From the NCBI GenBank assembly GCA_000388065.2, contig KB932209.1: a stretch of 64,000 nt of DNA. One strand, written 5' to 3'. Below are positions 59,901-64,000 of this stretch, in pieces. How positions within the stretch are numbered: position 1 is the stretch's first letter; every line of letters starts with the position of its first letter. Made by a program: the position numbers and the translations under genes. The notes under the pieces are model-generated. The model saw nothing but the letters and a program-made list of their open reading frames with translations. It was not told where the DNA came from and made no database searches. Source of the stretch: Fonticula alba ATCC 38817 (lineage: Eukaryota; Protista; Nucleariida).

Positions 59901-62900
59901 CCCTCGGCCGTGGTCATTCGACGGAATCGCGTGCCCAAGATCACTTCCCCGGTGCCAGCTGCCTCGCTGGTCCCGTCCCCTGGTGCGTGTTCACGTTTGT
60001 TGCCTTTCCCTCCACCCGCCCTCTTCGCCACCGCGTCTCATCAGCTGACTTTGCGCGCTTGTGTGCACTCCGCTTGTGTTCATTTGTTTGTCCATCCCGT
60101 CCCCCGGCCCCCTTTCCTTGATGCATCGCCACAGAGCCTGCTCCGGCCATGATGGCCAGCCTTTCGCAGCCGCCCGTCAGCGGCCAGGAGCCCATCAGCA
60201 TGCAGGAGCAGACCAATGTCCCGGAGCACACAAGCACCCCGGAGCCGGTCAGCAACCGGCGTAGCCTCTTCGGCAAGCTGGATCGTTTTCTGAATCGCTC
60301 ATCAGACTCGACGCCCCCGAGCGGGGCCTCCTCTTCATCCGGCCCGGTGAGCCCATCCCCCGGTGCTTTGAAGCGCCACTCGAGCATCCTCCGGGTGTCA
60401 TCATCCAACCCACCTGCCTTTACTGTACGCACTCATTTCCCTCTTTCCGCCCTCTCCCCCTTTCCCCCCTTCTCTCCCTCTCCCTGTCTCTTTGGCTTAG
60501 GGGCCCATCGACTCGGCTCATATTGACATGCATTTCGCACAGCTGATCCCCGATCCCACCCCGGAGATGGTCCCGTCTCCGACTCCGGCTCCGGCTCCCC
60601 TTCCAGCCGCGGCTCCGGCCTCGACGCCGGCAGCCGATCGTCGTCCTGATTTGACGATCGACATCCCGGGTGGATCATCGGCCACCCCACCCGTCCGGCC
60701 TCTGTCAAAGCACCCGCAGCCTTCGCAGTCGTCTGCACACCTCCCGGCACGGAATCTTGCGGGGCCAATTCCCGCCCATGAGCCCGAGCACACATTGGCG
60801 CATGGCTGCCTGCCAGGGCCGCCGCTTCCGGGGACTTCCATTCCGACGGATCTGTCGCTGGAATATGCCTTGACGATGGCCGGGTCCGGGTGTGCTTTCG
60901 ACCCGAATTCCCACTTTTGGTACAGTTGCGGATTGAGCAGTCTGGATCCGCCGGGCCTCGGGCGTCAGGCCACCGCGGCATTATTGACCCTGCCGCCGGG
61001 GGTTGGGCCGGCTGCCCCGGCCGGCCCGCACTCCCTGGCTCCGTGCAACATCTGTCTTTCGTGCGATGAGCGCTGGTCCCGGATCCTGGAGTCGGTCTCC
61101 CTGCCCGACAGCTGGACCAAGCTGGTCGGGTCGGAGCGCGTGGCTGAGTTGGGGCTGCCGATGACCGAGCACAAGCGCCAGGAGGCCATCTATGAGCTGC
61201 TCTTCACGGAGTTGCTCTTCACCGGCGACATGTCGCTCATGCGGAATGTGGCCCGCATGGCGGTGGGCGGCTGCCCGGGAGCTCACTCGGAGGTGCTGGC
61301 CCCGCATTTCTACCAGCCCCTGGTGACCTCCTCGCTGTTGAAGATCACCCCCCGGACGCGGCGGTTGTCGTTGACCCTGTCGGCGTCGGCCGCGGCGGCC
61401 GGGCACTCGCCCCTCCCCCCGGCCTCCCCGACATCCAAGCGTGCCTCCATCCATGTGTCCGGCTCGACGGACTCCCTTCTGGCAAGCCCCGGGGCTGGGT
61501 CCGGCAATTATCTCTCCTCGCTAGAGCAGCAGAGTCAGCAGGCAGCTTCGTCACCATCGGCCGGCTTCTCCGGCCTTCGGTCCCCGTCGGCCACCGAAAC
61601 CGAGCTGATGGCCGGCCAGCCGTGCTCCTGTCCATTGCCGCATCTGCCCCGGGTGGATGGGGCCTTCCAATTCGGTCGCCGAGCCGAGGAGATGGTCGCC
61701 TCGCCGGCTGCCACAAGCGCCGCCCATGCTTCCGGGGATTCTCCCGGCCCGGCGCGTGGGCTCCCCACCACGGCCTATCAGCCGGGCCTGCTGACGCAGC
61801 AGGAGGCCGCCTCGCTGTTCGGCACTTCGGCCGCTCTGCTGGACCTCTCTCGGCGGGTGTCAATGGCTCTGCTGAGCAGTGGGCTCGGTCATCCGACCGC
61901 GCCGGTCCAGAGCATCGGCCCGGTGCTGGCCTCGCTGGTGCGTGCATTATTGGGACACCGGCGCCTGCACTTGCCGCCCTTCTCCATGTCTCCCCTCCTC
62001 CTCTTCTCTCTCTCTCTCTCTCGGGCCCTGGTTGCCTGCTGTCATGGCGGACTCACCATCTTCCTCTATCCCCCTCCCCCCTCCTGTTCCTTCCGCATCA
62101 CGCAGGTCCCCCATCTTCGGACGTTTGCCAATTACTGCCGGAATCACCCGATCGCCCTGGAGAAGTTCAATCACCTTCAGTCCTCGAAGCGTCTGTACCG
62201 GCGCTTCTTTGAAAGCCTGGCCACTGTCACCCCCGAGGCACCCGGGGCCGAAGTGGCCCGGCGAAGCTTTGTCGCCGGGTCGGCCCAATCGAGTCCGCGC
62301 ACGCCGGCCGACGGATCCCAGGACTTCGACCCGTTTGGCAGCACCCCCGGAGACCGGACGCCGCGGGCGCGCTCGACCTCCGCCCCGCTTGCCGGGCTCC
62401 GGAAGAAGCCCCTTGACATCCCGACCCTGCTGATCAAGCCGGTCCAGCGCATCTGCCGGTATCCGCTGCTTCTCAAGGTGCGTGAAGTCCCCTTCCTCTG
62501 GCTCCCCATCTGTGCATGGGGGTTCCGACTCGTTGACGCGCCCGGGCTGACCCTTCTCTGGATGGCGGTTTTTCCCTTGTACAGGAGATTATCAAGAACA
62601 CGCCGGAGGGCCATCCGGACCATGCCTCCCTGTCTGCCACCCTGGCATCGGTGGAGGAAATCGTGGCCGAGATCAACATGAATGCCACGGCCCCCATGGG
62701 AGCCGGCGGTGCGTCTTCCTCCGGCACCGGGCATCGGGCCAGTGCTTCGCTGGTGGGATCTCCCACGCGTGCGCCATCCCGGCCATGCCGGGTCCTTGTT
62801 TGTGAGGGCCTGATTGGGGCCGATGCCGATCCCAGTGCCCAGCTTCGCTTCCTGGAGGTATGTCCCCGGCTTCGGCCGGCCCTCCCTGTTGTCGGTCCAT

Positions 62901-64000
62901 TTTGCCTGCTTGAGCTGCTTCCTGACGGGTTTCCCGGTGTGCCACTCTTCGCCAGCGCACGGGCTTGCAAACCGGCTCGCGGCGCTTCATCCGCGGGGAT
63001 ACGGTTCTCATGCTGACGCCGGCCGCCGATGCCCCGGCCGCTGGGGCGGCCGGCTTCCTGGCCGGGGATCTGGAGGACTCATCTCGCTGGCGTGTCAAGG
63101 CCTTCCACATGCTGATGCTCGGAGAACTTGTGATCCTGGCCTCGCGCGAGAAGAATGCCTGGGAAAGTAACCGGGCCGCATCTGCCGGAATTGGGTCGTC
63201 CTCGTCGCTGACCGGTGGCAGCGGTCCTGCTGGTGGCAATGGCGCCGGCTCGGCCGGGAGCATGTCGAGCACAGGGTCCGGCGCCTCGGCCGCCTTGCTT
63301 GGGAGCAAGGACCTGCGCCTGTCGCACATGTACTACAGCTGGTCGACGGCGGTGGCGGAATTCGCCCCGCCCGGGTGGCTGCTCGGCAGCGACCTGGTGA
63401 CCGAAGATCTGGCATCTGGCATTGTGCCCGGCTTGCATGGGCTCCTGCTGGCCGACCTGCAGCAGGGGTCCATTCACCGGTTGGTCTTTTGCTCGGTGCT
63501 CGGGGCCGGTACCGGCCCCGGGAGCCCGTCCATGCTGGGAACCTCGCCCGGATCGATGGGAGGCATGGCCGGTGCCTTTGGCGCTGGCGCTCCGGTGCGC
63601 AACTACGCCGAGAATGCCAGCCTCTCGGGGATGGCCTCCGTGCAGGCGTGGCTGAAGCACCTCCGCAAGTCGGCACCCGGTGGGACGAACGTCAGTGGCA
63701 CCGGGTCCGGGGCCGGGAGCCGGCCCCTGGCCGTCCCTCTGGTGGACCTGCCCGGGGGCCAGCGCGCATCGCTGGTCAGCAGCTCCCGGCAGGAGACCCT
63801 GGTGACACAGGTGGCCACTCCGGCGGTTGGGTTCATCGCCGAGAAGGCGGCCTCGGCCGTGGCGTCCGGTGACTGGCCCGCCGGCCAGTCGCCCACCAGC
63901 ACCCAGCGTGCCCTTTCTCATATGCTCGGCTTCCCGGCCTTCTTTGCGGTGGTCCAGCCGCGGGCTCCGGCCTCCGAGGCTGTCTCGCCGCAAATGGTCC
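56969..64000 (+). CDS. Dbl-family Rho GEF: divergent N-terminal CH domain, long acidic/Ser-Pro linker, DH and PH domains; 3' end beyond the window
   Basis: DH domain: EHKRQEAIYELLFTELLF (61170), ASLFGTSAALL, FANYCRNHP, LLIKPVQRICRYPLLLK|EIIKNTPEGHPDH..VEEIVAEIN. PH-like strands follow (RVLVCEG; FHMLMLGELVILAS). Exons from 57404 give WIERRIGRALDEDADLISALQRGPAFHELAFSLLP..IFVDAV..DIFSP..VVQALEAV, which is CH-like. Confidence 0.85.
58422..58511 (+). repeat. 12-bp coding minisatellite, (VEPA)x7, in the RhoGEF linker
   Basis: Seven gtcgagcc(g/t)gcc units plus a partial unit. Confidence 0.92.

Noticed and set aside
1-64000. tRNA, rRNA, transposase or reverse-transcriptase genes
   Set aside because: No T-loop/cloverleaf context, rRNA signature, or RT/integrase/transposase motif was recognised on either strand.

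Overview
Eukaryotic, very GC-rich, intron-rich draft genomic DNA with nine N-gaps. It looks like an opisthokont protist on the fungal side; a Fonticula-like nucleariid is my inference from composition and the fungal-type Mob2/Dop1/Ufd2, and it is unverified. The ORF track is mostly low-complexity noise, so I reconstructed genes by joining exons across GT-AG introns using conserved motifs. Eleven protein-coding genes: a ~2000-aa classical protein tyrosine phosphatase (+), cohesin SMC1 (-), ISCA1 (-), NOP4/RBM28 (-), mitochondrial uL2 (-, start in a gap), DOP1/Dopey (+), MOB2 (-), UFD2/UBE4B (+), an SPFG-repeat nucleoporin-like protein with C2H2 and RanBP2-type zinc fingers (-), an NSUN3/4-like m5C methyltransferase (+), and a CH-DH-PH RhoGEF (+, runs off the window). 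I could not support any tRNA, rRNA, snRNA, CRISPR array or transposon ORF, and I found no clear new multi-gene system. The most notable signals are: (1) a 5' splice-site consensus GTRCG with C at +4 in most introns; (2) the unusual domain mix of the FG protein; (3) an exon-like coding block inside the ISCA1 intron; (4) large insertions inside otherwise conserved catalytic domains.
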